Shown in pieces: positions 8,386 through 17,826 of a stretch of DNA of 64,000 bases. This DNA is from a virus (lineage: Duplodnaviria > Caudoviricetes), in the IMG/VR virus record IMGVR_UViG_3300031555_000867, positions 4,383 to 68,382 of that record; one strand, given 5' to 3'. Both the position numbers and the translations under genes were made by a program. The notes under the pieces are model-generated. The model was not told the origin of the DNA and made no database searches. It worked only from the letters and a program-made list of their open reading frames with translations. Within the stretch, counting starts at the first letter, position 1. Every line of letters starts with the position of its first letter.

Positions 8386-9134
8386 GCCGGGGTTTTATAC
8401 GCATCCGGTAATGCAAACAGCCACTCGATTACATCCTCAGGAACTTCCTCTTTAATCCATGCTGTTCCATAACCATATCCACATACCGGGCATTTTTTAC
8501 CAAGGAAACCAAGTTCATGCTCTGAGCATCTAATCCAACCTCTCGTCTTGTATTCCACATTCGGTTTTCCGAGACAATCACGCTCTTTCAATTCATAAAA
8601 CTCCGGATGCTCCGGTGTTTCATCATTATACATCGTCACTCCGTAACCGAGATTAGCATACATGGTTTCTTCCGGTGTCGGTACGAATGTTTCGCCATTT
8701 TTCAGACACTCAAGTGCTCTCTTTTCAGCATCTCTTGCTTTATCTCGTGCTTCTCTCGTGACATCCCATTTCGCAACCTTGACCTTTTCTTGGAACAATT
8801 CTGTCCAACCGAGTTCTTTCATGTGGTGGCAATACGCTCTCATATCATTCAGATGCCACATATCCCAAATGTCGCATAACTTCTGAAGCATTTCCTCGTT
8901 CCATCCCCACTCTGCAACTGGTATTCCTTTTCTTATTTCATCCACACATTGTCCTGCACTTCCTGAACAATCTCCGTTGCTTTTAGGTCCGATTACTCCG
9001 CAGATACTAAGTCTGCCATCTTCATAGGTAATCTTGCAAAACGCATCAGCATCAATTTCTCTTCCGGTGCAAGTGTACCCTTTGCCCTTGCAAGGACTAA
9101 TCACTTTGCTTCTTTTCATCTCATCTACCTCCAA
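8376..9134 (-). CDS. hypothetical protein
   Basis: 252-aa ORF; operon packing. Confidence 0.7.
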   Translation of the reverse strand: MEVDEMKRSKVISPCKGKGYTCTGREIDADAFCKITYEDGRLSICGVIGPKSNGDCSGSAGQCVDEIRKGIPVAEWGWNEEMLQKLCDIWDMWHLNDMRAYCHHMKELGWTELFQEKVKVAKWDVTREARDKARDAEKRALECLKNGETFVPTPEETMYANLGYGVTMYNDETPEHPEFYELKERDCLGKPNVEYKTRGWIRCSEHELGFLGKKCPVCGYGYGTAWIKEEVPEDVIEWLFALPDAYKTPAWV

Positions 9135-9420
9135 ATACTCTGATGCAAAACACTGACAATCTGTTCCACATCGTAAGTTCGTCTGATGTCATCTGAACCG
9201 TACCTTTCAATCCGGTTCTATCCCATCTTGCTGCTTTTTGAGCCAACTCCTTGCAGATACCCTGCTCCTCAGGAGTGAACTCGGCCTGAAACTTTCTTCT
9301 TTTCGAGAATGTATTCAGGTGTCTATCAGACATTCCGTAGACTATCAATCCAATCGGTATCATTCGTCTGATTTCTTCAGGTTCGAATTCATATACAACT
9401 CTGATTCCTACCACCTCCAC
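9121..9420 (-). CDS. hypothetical protein
   Basis: First ORF after promoter module 1. Confidence 0.6.
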   Translation of the reverse strand: MEVVGIRVVYEFEPEEIRRMIPIGLIVYGMSDRHLNTFSKRRKFQAEFTPEEQGICKELAQKAARWDRTGLKGTVQMTSDELTMWNRLSVFCIRVFGGR

Positions 9421-9436
9421 ATTGCCAAACTGGATT

Positions 9437-9545
9437 AACCATTTGGTTATTTCCTTATCTTAACTATACAATAATACCGGCATAAGTCAAGTTAAAAACG
9501 GATATTTTTACAAATTATTTTCTTTTACATAAACAGAAACGATTA
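9437..9545 (-). promoter_or_regulatory. repeated promoter/operator module, copy 1
   Basis: -35 TTGACT (9490-9485), 16 nt, -10 TATAGT (9468-9463); palindrome AACCATTTGGTT 9437-9448; upstream ATAAAC box at 9531. Confidence 0.8.
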
Positions 9546-9721
9546 CTCATAATGCAATTTACACTTTCTTGTAAACGTGCTGACAATATGGATTGTGTCC
9601 GTCCTGCTCATTGTACTTCTTGCATAACTCCTTAGCTTCTTCCTCTGTTTCTGTCCAAACACCGGTATAACTAAGTCCGGCCGCACTGCTGATGTAAATT
9701 TTGTACATATCGCTCTACCTC

Positions 9722-10051
9722 CTAATATTCTGTGCTGACAAACACGATTTCCATATTCTTCTCTAACTGGAATGCTTCCAACACCTTATCTCTAATCACC
9801 GCTACGAGATCAAGTTCCGAATCAGGGTCCATCTTCAATGTCAGGTCTTCCTTGACTTCCTCATTCCATCTTTCGATGAACGAATATGCTGCACCTTCTG
9901 CCATTGCTTCAATCAGTTCCGGTGTCGAACATACACAAACTATCTTGTCGATGCTCTTAATCTTGACTACTGCGAACTGATTTCTTGTCAGTTCCATGCC
10001 CTCTTTCACGAACCATTCCGTGTACTGCTCCATATTTTCAAATTCTCTCAT
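9722..10051 (-). CDS. hypothetical protein
   Basis: ORF track; RBS. Confidence 0.65.
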   Translation of the reverse strand: MREFENMEQYTEWFVKEGMELTRNQFAVVKIKSIDKIVCVCSTPELIEAMAEGAAYSFIERWNEEVKEDLTLKMDPDSELDLVAVIRDKVLEAFQLEKNMEIVFVSTEY

Positions 10052-10060
10052 CTCTGCCTC

Positions 10061-10264
10061 CTACTGCACTTCAACTACGAAGTATCTGTTTTCTGTAATT
10101 ACTATCATGCCGGTCATTCCGTTCGGCTTAATCTGTGCACCTCTCTCTTTCGCTCTGTTGTACCACTCACAGAACTCCACGAGATTCTTGCTCATTACAT
10201 TTATGACTTCTCCGTATTCTTCCTCACGGACATAAATCTTTACACTTCTACCAATTCCGGTCAT
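10061..10264 (-). CDS. hypothetical protein
   Basis: ORF track; RBS. Confidence 0.6.
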   Translation of the reverse strand: MTGIGRSVKIYVREEEYGEVINVMSKNLVEFCEWYNRAKERGAQIKPNGMTGMIVITENRYFVVEVQ

Positions 10265-10275
10265 TTCATCTCCTC

Positions 10276-10500
10276 CTATCTGAATGCGTACTTAAACTTG
10301 TATTCGAACTCCCAATGTATCATTCTGTCCGGGTATGCCTGAGCGGTTTCGTGAAGCCATCTCGCTTCATTTCTGATTGCTTCAACCGTTTCACTCTTGC
10401 ATCCATGTTCCTTTGCTCTCCAAGCAAGTCTGAACAATTTCGTTGCTTCCTTTTCGGCCATCTCCTTGAGTTCCTGACGGATTTCATTGATTCTTTTCAT
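10276..10500 (-). CDS. hypothetical protein
   Basis: ORF track; RBS. Confidence 0.6.
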   Translation of the reverse strand: MKRINEIRQELKEMAEKEATKLFRLAWRAKEHGCKSETVEAIRNEARWLHETAQAYPDRMIHWEFEYKFKYAFR

Positions 10501-10509
10501 CTTCGCCTC

Positions 10510-10752
10510 CTATAATCTGAACAAATCGCAGTAGCTGTTTCTGAATGTCGCCTTATCTCCGTCTTCGAGTTCGATAACGAGATATTCATTGTAGTCATCC
10601 CTGCTATTTTCATCTGTTTCAAGTCCGATTGCGGTTGCTCTTTCACCGGTTACAACTTCAAAACCTTTGATGTTCTTATATTCAACTTCTGCCACCTTAA
10701 CCGAATCTCTTTCGTACTTAACCTTATCGTAAATCTTAACCTTTACATCCAT
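10510..10752 (-). CDS. hypothetical protein
   Basis: Start trimmed from 10821 to ATG 10752 (GGAGG RBS). Confidence 0.6.
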   Translation of the reverse strand: MDVKVKIYDKVKYERDSVKVAEVEYKNIKGFEVVTGERATAIGLETDENSRDDYNEYLVIELEDGDKATFRNSYCDLFRL

Positions 10753-10875
10753 CTTTCTACCTCCGTCTGTGCTACCGGCTTCTATCTTGTTACTTTTCAT
10801 GTCCGAGACCGACTCGTTCATCTTCCTCGACCATTACTGCTTCACTTAGGTTAGTCACCTTTGGCACCTTGTATT

Positions 10876-10985
10876 AACCATTTGGTTTATTTATCTTATC
10901 TTTACTATACAACACCTACACCTAAATGCAAGTGTTATTTCGGATTTTTACTAAGATTTTTTATCGTAATAAACAATGTCGTTTA
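10876..10985 (-). promoter_or_regulatory. repeated promoter/operator module, copy 2
   Basis: -35 TTGCAT (10931-10926), 16 nt, -10 TATAGT (10909-10904); AACCATTTGGTT 10876-10887; AAACAATGTCGTTT at 10971. Confidence 0.8.
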
Positions 10986-11072
10986 CAATATGACTCCTAA
11001 ATCCATTATCCGTATGGTTAATGTAGGAATATAGGGTTACAGTGTCTGAAAATGGCTCCTAAGTCTTTATGC

Positions 11073-11109
11073 AACAAAAAAGACCTTCAGGATCAATTCC
11101 CAAAGGTCT
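11073..11109 (-). terminator. intrinsic terminator
   Basis: AGACCTT...AAGGTCT stem followed by a T-run on the minus strand. Confidence 0.75.
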
Positions 11110-11124
11110 CGTACAAACTATCTT

Positions 11125-11634
11125 CTATTCACTAACTACTTTCTTTTCGATTACGGTTCCGTACTTCTCAATAAAGGCGGCTGCCATTTCCGCAGGTACT
11201 GAACGAACTCTGTCTCGCCCACCTTCTGCGTTGGAGTATTCTGCCATAAAATATCTGCCTTCTCTATCGATATACAGTTCGAAAGCCTCACCACTATCAC
11301 TATATTCATTAACACCATCTGCATAGAAGCTATTCGCCAATGCTTCGGCATATTCTGTATCGTACTGGATGCCGTCCGATACACCTTTTACTCTTCTACC
11401 ATGTCCGGATATATGGGGCTTGATAGTCTTTCCTGTCTCTCTAACAGTGAATGTAATATCTATTCCCATTGAATCCATCAATCCAATAAACTCATCTACT
11501 CTAAGTGAGCCACGAACAATTCGCTGACTCAACTGCTGTGCACTCCATCCATAATTCTTGGCTGCTGTAGCCTGTGTAATACCGATTGTGTCGAGTGCTG
11601 CACTGATGATTTCCTTAGCAGTCATACCAATCAC
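11125..11634 (-). CDS. HTH-domain protein (XRE-like N-terminus)
   Basis: IISAALDTIGITQATAAKNYGWSAQQLSQRI; has its own promoter and terminator. Confidence 0.6.
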   Translation of the reverse strand: MIGMTAKEIISAALDTIGITQATAAKNYGWSAQQLSQRIVRGSLRVDEFIGLMDSMGIDITFTVRETGKTIKPHISGHGRRVKGVSDGIQYDTEYAEALANSFYADGVNEYSDSGEAFELYIDREGRYFMAEYSNAEGGRDRVRSVPAEMAAAFIEKYGTVIEKKVVSE

Positions 11635-11653
11635 CTCCTAACCATCTGAGCAC

Positions 11654-11682
11654 ATCGTACACCAAATCAAATATAAAATCAA
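11654..11682 (-). promoter_or_regulatory. sigma70/SigA-type promoter
   Basis: TTGATT-17 nt-TACGAT upstream of an AGGAGG RBS. Confidence 0.55.
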
Positions 11683-11700
11683 GATTTCTTTCGAAATTAT

Positions 11701-12210
11701 CTAAAAATGTTTATTTCGCCTATAATTATTGCGGTTATATTTGTTCGGTCTAGGACCGGTATTCTTATGGCTGACTTCTTTCAGGAGACGCTCGTACATC
11801 TCCTTATAAGTATCTCGCTCTGCACGAACACGGATGAGTTCTGCCGTACTTCCGGTGTCATCCGTCAAAATATCTAACGAGAACACCATCGCTTTTCCGA
11901 TGCGTTCCATCTCTTCTTCTGTGCATCTGCCAACTCGCTTATGCAATCTTGCCTTATCCACGGTTGACACCTGCTCGCACAATACGGTACTTTTCTTCGG
12001 AGTGCTATTCACTTCCACATGACAGCCATTTACTTCTTTCGGCTGAGTGGTACAATATACAATTTCCACAGTATCTAACTTTCCATTCATATCATCACTC
12101 GATACGATGATTGCCGGTCGGCCAGAGTGTTGCTCACTGCCTACTTGGTTCCAAAACTTCTCAACATAAACAATATCTCCTCGTCTGTACTGACTGCAAT
12201 ATCCGTTCAT
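11701..12210 (-). CDS. PemK/MazF-family endoribonuclease-like protein
   Basis: RRGDIVYV...GSEQHSGRPAIIVS...TT...STVLCEQVSTVDKARL; extra coiled-coil/Asn-Arg tail. Confidence 0.85.
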   Translation of the reverse strand: MNGYCSQYRRGDIVYVEKFWNQVGSEQHSGRPAIIVSSDDMNGKLDTVEIVYCTTQPKEVNGCHVEVNSTPKKSTVLCEQVSTVDKARLHKRVGRCTEEEMERIGKAMVFSLDILTDDTGSTAELIRVRAERDTYKEMYERLLKEVSHKNTGPRPNKYNRNNYRRNKHF

Positions 12211-12212
12211 TC

Positions 12213-13601
12213 CTATTCCGCTCCTTTTTCATATAATTCATAGGTTCCGTCTACGATTCGCTCTGTATCTTCATCACTGAAGGACCAACCATATTTCTCC
12301 AAGATTTCAAACGCATCGAGGAGCATCTTGCCGATCTGCTCTTTGTATCGCATCTCGTAATCGAAAGGTTCATCTATCTTACAAATCTCATTACAAACCG
12401 CCATCAACATCTGTTTTGCTAATGATGCGTTATCGAGCTTCTCCTTGAGTGCCGCCTTTTCCTCATCTGTTCTCTGATAGTCGCTCTTGCCATCAATCAT
12501 AGTTCTAATGCCGGAAGGAGATATATAACTACACTGCATCAGCACTTCCCACAGTTTCTCAGGCAAGTCAGGTTCTTTTACTTCTGCAACTTTTCCGTCC
12601 ATTACATATACCGCAAAATCTTTTACCTGTGCGTGTAACTCTTTCATCATCGCCTTGACCTGCTTTTTATTCTTGTCACGCTGCTCTTTCTTCAGTTCCT
12701 CTGCGGTTTTCTCTTTCTTCGGTTTGACCGTCTTCTTGATAATTCGCATCTTTCGGAAATATTCCATATAGAACATACCTTTTTCATGGATCAATCCGAG
12801 GTCTTCAGGAATTTCTTCATCCAAACTGAACTCCTTAATCGTAGTCCACTTGTCTCCATACTGCTCATTTTGAGCATTCTCAGGTGCAGCTTCAAATCCT
12901 AACTTCTTGAGAGTTTTCGTGATTTCCTTACATCTCTTCTTTCTCTCTACTTCTTTCACCGCATTCTGTGCTCTTACGGCAATATCCCTTGAGTCACGAG
13001 CATTCTTGAGGATTTCGTTTCTCTTTTCAACACTCTCTACCTTTTCTAATTCGTAGAGGTCTGTGAGCGACAACTGGAAACTTCCGTCATCCTGTCGCTT
13101 CTTCAATTCGGTCTGGTCCAGTTTGGCAATGTTCAATCGTCTTTTAACTGTTCGCTTGCTGAAACCGGTCTTTTCTGCGATGCTATCCTCGGTTTCGCCC
13201 AGGTCAAGCATCATCTGAAATCCCTGAGCCTGTTCAAGAATCGTCAGGTCGCTTCTCTGCATATTCTCTTCCAACATAATGCCAATCTGCTCTTTTCTCG
13301 ACAGATTGCTGACAATCACGCAAGGCATCGTTTCGAGTTCTGCTAATTTACCACCGGCTAATCTTCGATGTCCAATCAATACATGGAAATCACTGCTGAG
13401 CGAAATCTTGTCTGCTTCAGGCTGATTCTCCGGTTCCTCTGTCAATGCCGAAATCGGAATTACTGTCAGGTTCTGCATGACTCCGTTCTTCTTCAGGGAT
13501 TCTGACAGTTCCGTGACATCTCCTACATCCTTACGAGGATTGTCCGGGTGCGGAAACAATCGTTTCACATCAATGTTTACTAATTCGCTTGTCGTTCTCA
13601 T
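12213..13601 (-). CDS. ParB/RepB/Spo0J-family protein
   Basis: PHPDNPRK...ELSESLKKNGVMQNLTV...LIGHRRL...ENMQRSDL, followed by an HTH. Confidence 0.9.
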   Translation of the reverse strand: MRTTSELVNIDVKRLFPHPDNPRKDVGDVTELSESLKKNGVMQNLTVIPISALTEEPENQPEADKISLSSDFHVLIGHRRLAGGKLAELETMPCVIVSNLSRKEQIGIMLEENMQRSDLTILEQAQGFQMMLDLGETEDSIAEKTGFSKRTVKRRLNIAKLDQTELKKRQDDGSFQLSLTDLYELEKVESVEKRNEILKNARDSRDIAVRAQNAVKEVERKKRCKEITKTLKKLGFEAAPENAQNEQYGDKWTTIKEFSLDEEIPEDLGLIHEKGMFYMEYFRKMRIIKKTVKPKKEKTAEELKKEQRDKNKKQVKAMMKELHAQVKDFAVYVMDGKVAEVKEPDLPEKLWEVLMQCSYISPSGIRTMIDGKSDYQRTDEEKAALKEKLDNASLAKQMLMAVCNEICKIDEPFDYEMRYKEQIGKMLLDAFEILEKYGWSFSDEDTERIVDGTYELYEKGAE

Positions 13602-13602
13602 T

Positions 13603-13938
13603 TCATCTACCTCCGTTCATACTGAATTTTTCCCAAGCCTTATCAATATCTCTTCTGAGGTCTGCCAATCGCTCGTAATCCTTAGCATTGTACAACATAC
13701 CTCTGATTTGCATTCCACCGCCTACGAAGTTGAAACCAAAATCATCTTCGTGAAGCACATCATCATTCAGTGTTATAGGCAAATCGCCATATCCCATGGC
13801 AACCATTTTGTTGAGCTGTTCACTCAATTTTGCAATAGTCATTTTCTGTCCTATCACTTCGCTGCCTCCATTTCTTTCATCACTTCCATTACCGGTCGGC
13901 CTTCCTCTTCTGCCAGTATCTTCATAGCATCGTTCCAA
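13603..13938 (-). CDS. hypothetical protein (start uncertain)
   Basis: ORF track. Confidence 0.55.
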   Translation of the reverse strand: MERCYEDTGRRGRPTGNGSDERNGGSEVIGQKMTIAKLSEQLNKMVAMGYGDLPITLNDDVLHEDDFGFNFVGGGMQIRGMLYNAKDYERLADLRRDIDKAWEKFSMNGGR

Positions 13939-14186
13939 TCAGACATCCACATCTTGCTTTCCTTACCGCAATAAATACATCTGCTCGTAATCAGACAAGC
14001 GTTCTGATGTACCGTTTCTCCTCGCTCGTGCTGAAGACTGGCCGAAACTCTAAAACTGTGGTCTGTCGAGATAATTGTACACTTCTCATAATCCACATTG
14101 CGGAACACATGAGGAACCCATACCCCATGCAGGAACAAATCGCCCACCGCTTTCAAATAACATTTCATTGTTGCTAAAATCTTCAT
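13854..14186 (-). CDS. hypothetical protein
   Basis: ORF track. Confidence 0.55.
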   Translation of the reverse strand: MKILATMKCYLKAVGDLFLHGVWVPHVFRNVDYEKCTIISTDHSFRVSASLQHERGETVHQNACLITSRCIYCGKESKMWMSDWNDAMKILAEEEGRPVMEVMKEMEAAK

Positions 14187-14199
14187 CTCTTCGCATCTC

Positions 14200-14958
14200 C
14201 TATTCGATATACTGTTCTGCCTTAAACCGGTCTCCGATGTCCATAAAGTAACCGTACAGAAATTCCTTTTGCTTCTTTGTCAGTGGCTTCACATTTGATA
14301 CTATGTACCCACCAGCTCCGGCCGGATTGTGAATAAGGCAATAGCCTTTTACTTTGCTGAGGAAATCTCTGCAAGTAAAGGTCGTTTCTTTCCCCATGAG
14401 CCACTCATTATATTCTTCACCGAAGCCTTTCTTTTCGATAATTCGCTCCGCTACCTCTTCATGCTCTGCGAAATCACCTTCTGTAAATGTACCGGTTGGA
14501 GATAACCAACCAAATGGCTGAGATTCTTTCTTCGGTTTCTCCTTTTTGATTTCAGGCATTTTACCTTCTTGGAACTCCCGATACAATCTGTTGAACACCT
14601 CATCGTCAATACCCTTTGCGATAATGTCTTCGTATCTCATCGGCGGTCCATCTTCTCCATCTTTTAACTGTAACATTCTGCAGAAGCCCCATTCCCTTTC
14701 AGATACACCGATGTGATACACGCTCATCACATAGAACAATCCAATTCGCAGATCATCATTCATCTTTATCATATCAATAAAATTCGAATTGCCGAGTGCA
14801 TCCCATACCTTGTGGAAGTAATATACGAAACCTTTTTCAAATGACTGACACACTCCATTGCTCCCGATTTTCACTGTCGTATCGCACATATCGCCTTTGC
14901 AGTGGAATTTACACGAAGTGTTATTGCAATACACTTTCCTCGCCATCTCAATCACCAC
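14200..14958 (-). CDS. hypothetical protein with Cys-rich N-terminus
   Basis: CNNTSCKFHCKGDMC...C. Confidence 0.65.
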   Translation of the reverse strand: MVIEMARKVYCNNTSCKFHCKGDMCDTTVKIGSNGVCQSFEKGFVYYFHKVWDALGNSNFIDMIKMNDDLRIGLFYVMSVYHIGVSEREWGFCRMLQLKDGEDGPPMRYEDIIAKGIDDEVFNRLYREFQEGKMPEIKKEKPKKESQPFGWLSPTGTFTEGDFAEHEEVAERIIEKKGFGEEYNEWLMGKETTFTCRDFLSKVKGYCLIHNPAGAGGYIVSNVKPLTKKQKEFLYGYFMDIGDRFKAEQYIE

Positions 14959-14977
14959 CTTCCCTGTCCGACATCTA

Positions 14978-15313
14978 CTAAATCAAACCATGCTCTTCCA
15001 TGAACTTCTTGGTGTAATCGTACTGCTCAGGCAGGAACTCTTTCACATCATCAAGCGTGATACCGATTTCCAACAGATTCATAAAGAAATCCAACTCATC
15101 CATTCCCACTTCCGCAGCATGGTCGAACTGAGCACCGATTTCCTCTCTCATATCATTGTCACTCTTATCTTCGATGAACACGATATTTTCCATTCCGGGA
15201 ACATTTGTTACTTTCAACACAAACAGTGCATTGTTTCCGGTATAATGATGCAATCTGACTTCATCGTCAGGATTCATCTTCTGCAATTCTTCAATCATTT
15301 TTCTTACTTTCAT
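14978..15313 (-). CDS. hypothetical protein
   Basis: ORF track. Confidence 0.65.
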   Translation of the reverse strand: MKVRKMIEELQKMNPDDEVRLHHYTGNNALFVLKVTNVPGMENIVFIEDKSDNDMREEIGAQFDHAAEVGMDELDFFMNLLEIGITLDDVKEFLPEQYDYTKKFMEEHGLI

Positions 15314-15327
15314 GCCGTTCTCCTCTC

Positions 15328-15918
15328 CTATTCGTATTCTTCGAAAGTCGGATATACACCGCCGATGAACTTCAGCTCTCTTACTGTTGTCAGCGTAACA
15401 ATGCCGATAATCTCATGCAGGTAGCCATTCAAATCAGACGGAACCTTTACAATCACACTCTTCTCGGCAATCTTATGGACATATTCCTTTGTCAGCTCAT
15501 CGATTTCTTTCCAATACTGAGCATTATCCTCTTTGTTTCGCGCAATCTTGTATGCTTCATCCTCTTTATAACCGCAATTCGTACAGTTATGGTCCGGACA
15601 GGTGCTGCACGGTAAAATCACTTTCTTGCAGTTCGGACAAATCTGAGGTCCGATGCTTCTGATTTCCACTTCTTCATTGCACCAAGGGCAATACTCCGTA
15701 GTCATTTCATCTGTAATTTCTTCTCCGAACTCACCGCCCGCATCGTGATGTCGGTAGAGGTCATCCAAATCATATCCGGATTCAATCATCCCTTCGGTTC
15801 CATCCTCATACAACTTGAAACATCCAACGATTTCATTGTTCTTAATCAGTTCCTTTACTTCATCCCAAGGAATCTTTCTCATGCCCGGCCAATTATATGC
15901 CATATCATCTGCCTCCAT
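15328..15918 (-). CDS. hypothetical protein with central Zn ribbons
   Basis: CPWC, CPNC, CSTC motifs. Confidence 0.65.
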   Translation of the reverse strand: MEADDMAYNWPGMRKIPWDEVKELIKNNEIVGCFKLYEDGTEGMIESGYDLDDLYRHHDAGGEFGEEITDEMTTEYCPWCNEEVEIRSIGPQICPNCKKVILPCSTCPDHNCTNCGYKEDEAYKIARNKEDNAQYWKEIDELTKEYVHKIAEKSVIVKVPSDLNGYLHEIIGIVTLTTVRELKFIGGVYPTFEEYE

Positions 15919-15920
15919 TT

Positions 15921-16124
15921 CTACTCGCTTATCTCATCAATGTATTTTTGCACCTTGCTTACATTCCACAACACACGCTTCCCTACCTGCACTCGTGCTT
16001 TTGCGTTTTTCCCGATTTTGACTGCTGTTTGTCTTCCCACACACAAAATAGCTTGCAAATCCTCGGTATCTACCAATTTCTTGTCTTCCGGTTTAACATC
16101 CGAAAATTTCTTTGTTGTTCTCAT
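15921..16124 (-). CDS. excisionase-like small HTH protein
   Basis: LVDTEDLQAILCVGRQTAVKIG...RVQVGKRVLWNVSKVQKYID. Confidence 0.6.
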   Translation of the reverse strand: MRTTKKFSDVKPEDKKLVDTEDLQAILCVGRQTAVKIGKNAKARVQVGKRVLWNVSKVQKYIDEISE

Positions 16125-16135
16125 TCTTTCATCTC

Positions 16136-16462
16136 CTAACTGATAAAAAATTCAATGTCAGTGACTTCATAGTCACTGTCTGCATCATCTTCCAGATTCA
16201 ATGCTACCAACTTCGCTCCCTCGAACAACTCTGCTCCATATTCGTTCAAGTATGCCGGTGCATCAAACACACCGATGTCATTTACTTCCCACAGGTAACA
16301 TTCTCTCCACTCCATTGCCAACTTACCGTCTTCGATACCCCAATCAGTTCTATCTCTATCAACGGTAACTCGGATGCCGCATTTCAACTGAAATACAGCC
16401 GTGTTTATCATCACATAATCTTTATTCGTTTTCGCATTAAAACAAATTCTCATATAAACCAC
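16136..16462 (-). CDS. hypothetical protein
   Basis: ORF track. Confidence 0.6.
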   Translation of the reverse strand: MVYMRICFNAKTNKDYVMINTAVFQLKCGIRVTVDRDRTDWGIEDGKLAMEWRECYLWEVNDIGVFDAPAYLNEYGAELFEGAKLVALNLEDDADSDYEVTDIEFFIS

Positions 16463-16464
16463 CT

Positions 16465-16869
16465 TTACCCATAAACAATGTCATCAAACAATGCGATCTG
16501 CACGATACCATCTGCACAATCCGCATCACAGTTGCACATATCCAACTCGGTTCCATCGACAACTCCCTCTGTGTCGTAGCCTTCTTCAACCCATTTTGTG
16601 AATCCGGTCAATAACTTCTCTAAGGTCAACTCGAAGACTTCATCTTCATCTTCGTTATCAATCAATGTCAGGCTTCCACCGCCAAGCAGAATGTGTGCTG
16701 CTCTTTCTGAGATGGATTCATTTCTTTCAGGACTCTCCCATTCAGGACCACTGCAATCCAACTCACACCAGTACCCAATACCGCCTTCCAATGCGGTAAT
16801 CATCAAGTCAACCACATTTTCTTCTGTCACTACAACTTCTTTGTTCAATCTCAACTTCATATCGCTCAT
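16465..16869 (-). CDS. hypothetical acidic protein
   Basis: ORF track. Confidence 0.65.
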   Translation of the reverse strand: MSDMKLRLNKEVVVTEENVVDLMITALEGGIGYWCELDCSGPEWESPERNESISERAAHILLGGGSLTLIDNEDEDEVFELTLEKLLTGFTKWVEEGYDTEGVVDGTELDMCNCDADCADGIVQIALFDDIVYG

Positions 16870-17007
16870 TCAAATTCGCCTCCTATTCGCTTTTTTTCAT
16901 TTCCTTATGAGGAAATTATGGTTCAATGCCGTAAAACCTCGATTTGAGGATTTAGCGAGGTTCTGAAGTATACTCTGTGGCATTTCCGATACTCCAGTCG
17001 GTAATCT

Positions 17008-17250
17008 TTATGCAAACAAAAAATATACACCAGTCACTACGAGAAGTGTGCATACAATGACAACCGCATCATGTACGATTTCCTGTGTTCTCTGCTTCTG
17101 ATATGCCACCTCACGAGCAACTCTCTGTTTCTCCAAGTATTCAGGCGAATTGAAAATCTTTGCTATATCCGCAAACACGATGCCGCCATTTTCTTTTCTT
17201 TCTCCAACTACTACATTCATTCTTTCTACCTCCGGTTTAATCTCCTGCAT
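17008..17250 (-). CDS. small membrane protein
   Basis: C-terminal hydrophobic helix AVVIVCTLLVVTGVYFLFA. Confidence 0.6.
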   Translation of the reverse strand: MQEIKPEVERMNVVVGERKENGGIVFADIAKIFNSPEYLEKQRVAREVAYQKQRTQEIVHDAVVIVCTLLVVTGVYFLFA

Positions 17251-17574
17251 TTAATCAAAACCTCTTTCATCTAAAATTCTTCTGTAACAATCCGGACAAG
17301 CCACTCCATTCGGTGCTCCAAATTCATTGTGAATTCGCTTCATCACGATCACTCTGACACGATTACCACATACCGGACACTCTTCTTTTGCGAGCTTATG
17401 TGGCTGAACTCTGTACTTCATACCCTTTACAGTATCGTGTACGGACAGGATTTCATCCTTGCCTGTCTGATACATTTTCGCACATACATCCATGGCTTCT
17501 GCAAAACTTTCAAAAACCATATTCGGAATATCTTCACACACTCCAAGTGCGACTGCTCTTCTAAGCTGATACAT
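17251..17574 (-). CDS. hypothetical Zn-ribbon protein
   Basis: CPVCG...CPDC. Confidence 0.6.
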   Translation of the reverse strand: MYQLRRAVALGVCEDIPNMVFESFAEAMDVCAKMYQTGKDEILSVHDTVKGMKYRVQPHKLAKEECPVCGNRVRVIVMKRIHNEFGAPNGVACPDCYRRILDERGFD

Positions 17575-17815
17575 TGCACTGCTCCTCCTTTCCGTACAAT
17601 CTCGTTACTGCTTCTATTCCTTTCCGGATTTCTTCATCCGGATTGAAACCTATCTGTCTGTAGAATTCGGGATGAACCATGCACTCATAGCCCCTTGTCA
17701 TCGCATCTACATCTGCCTTGCTGATACCGAGCCTAAATCCCTTGGAGATTGCGAGTGCTTCCTTGAATCGGTTCTCCTGTACCAATCTGCGTACCTTGTC
17801 GGATTTCTTCTCCAT
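17561..17815 (-). CDS. hypothetical protein
   Basis: ORF track. Confidence 0.65.
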   Translation of the reverse strand: MEKKSDKVRRLVQENRFKEALAISKGFRLGISKADVDAMTRGYECMVHPEFYRQIGFNPDEEIRKGIEAVTRLYGKEEQCNVSA

Positions 17816-17826
17816 ATCATCTGCTC

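Noticed and set aside
12213-16124. ParB as proof of a plasmid-phage, or the excisionase-like gene as proof of an integrated prophage
   Set aside because: No parA, rep, integrase, att site or host genes are in the window, so lifestyle cannot be determined here.
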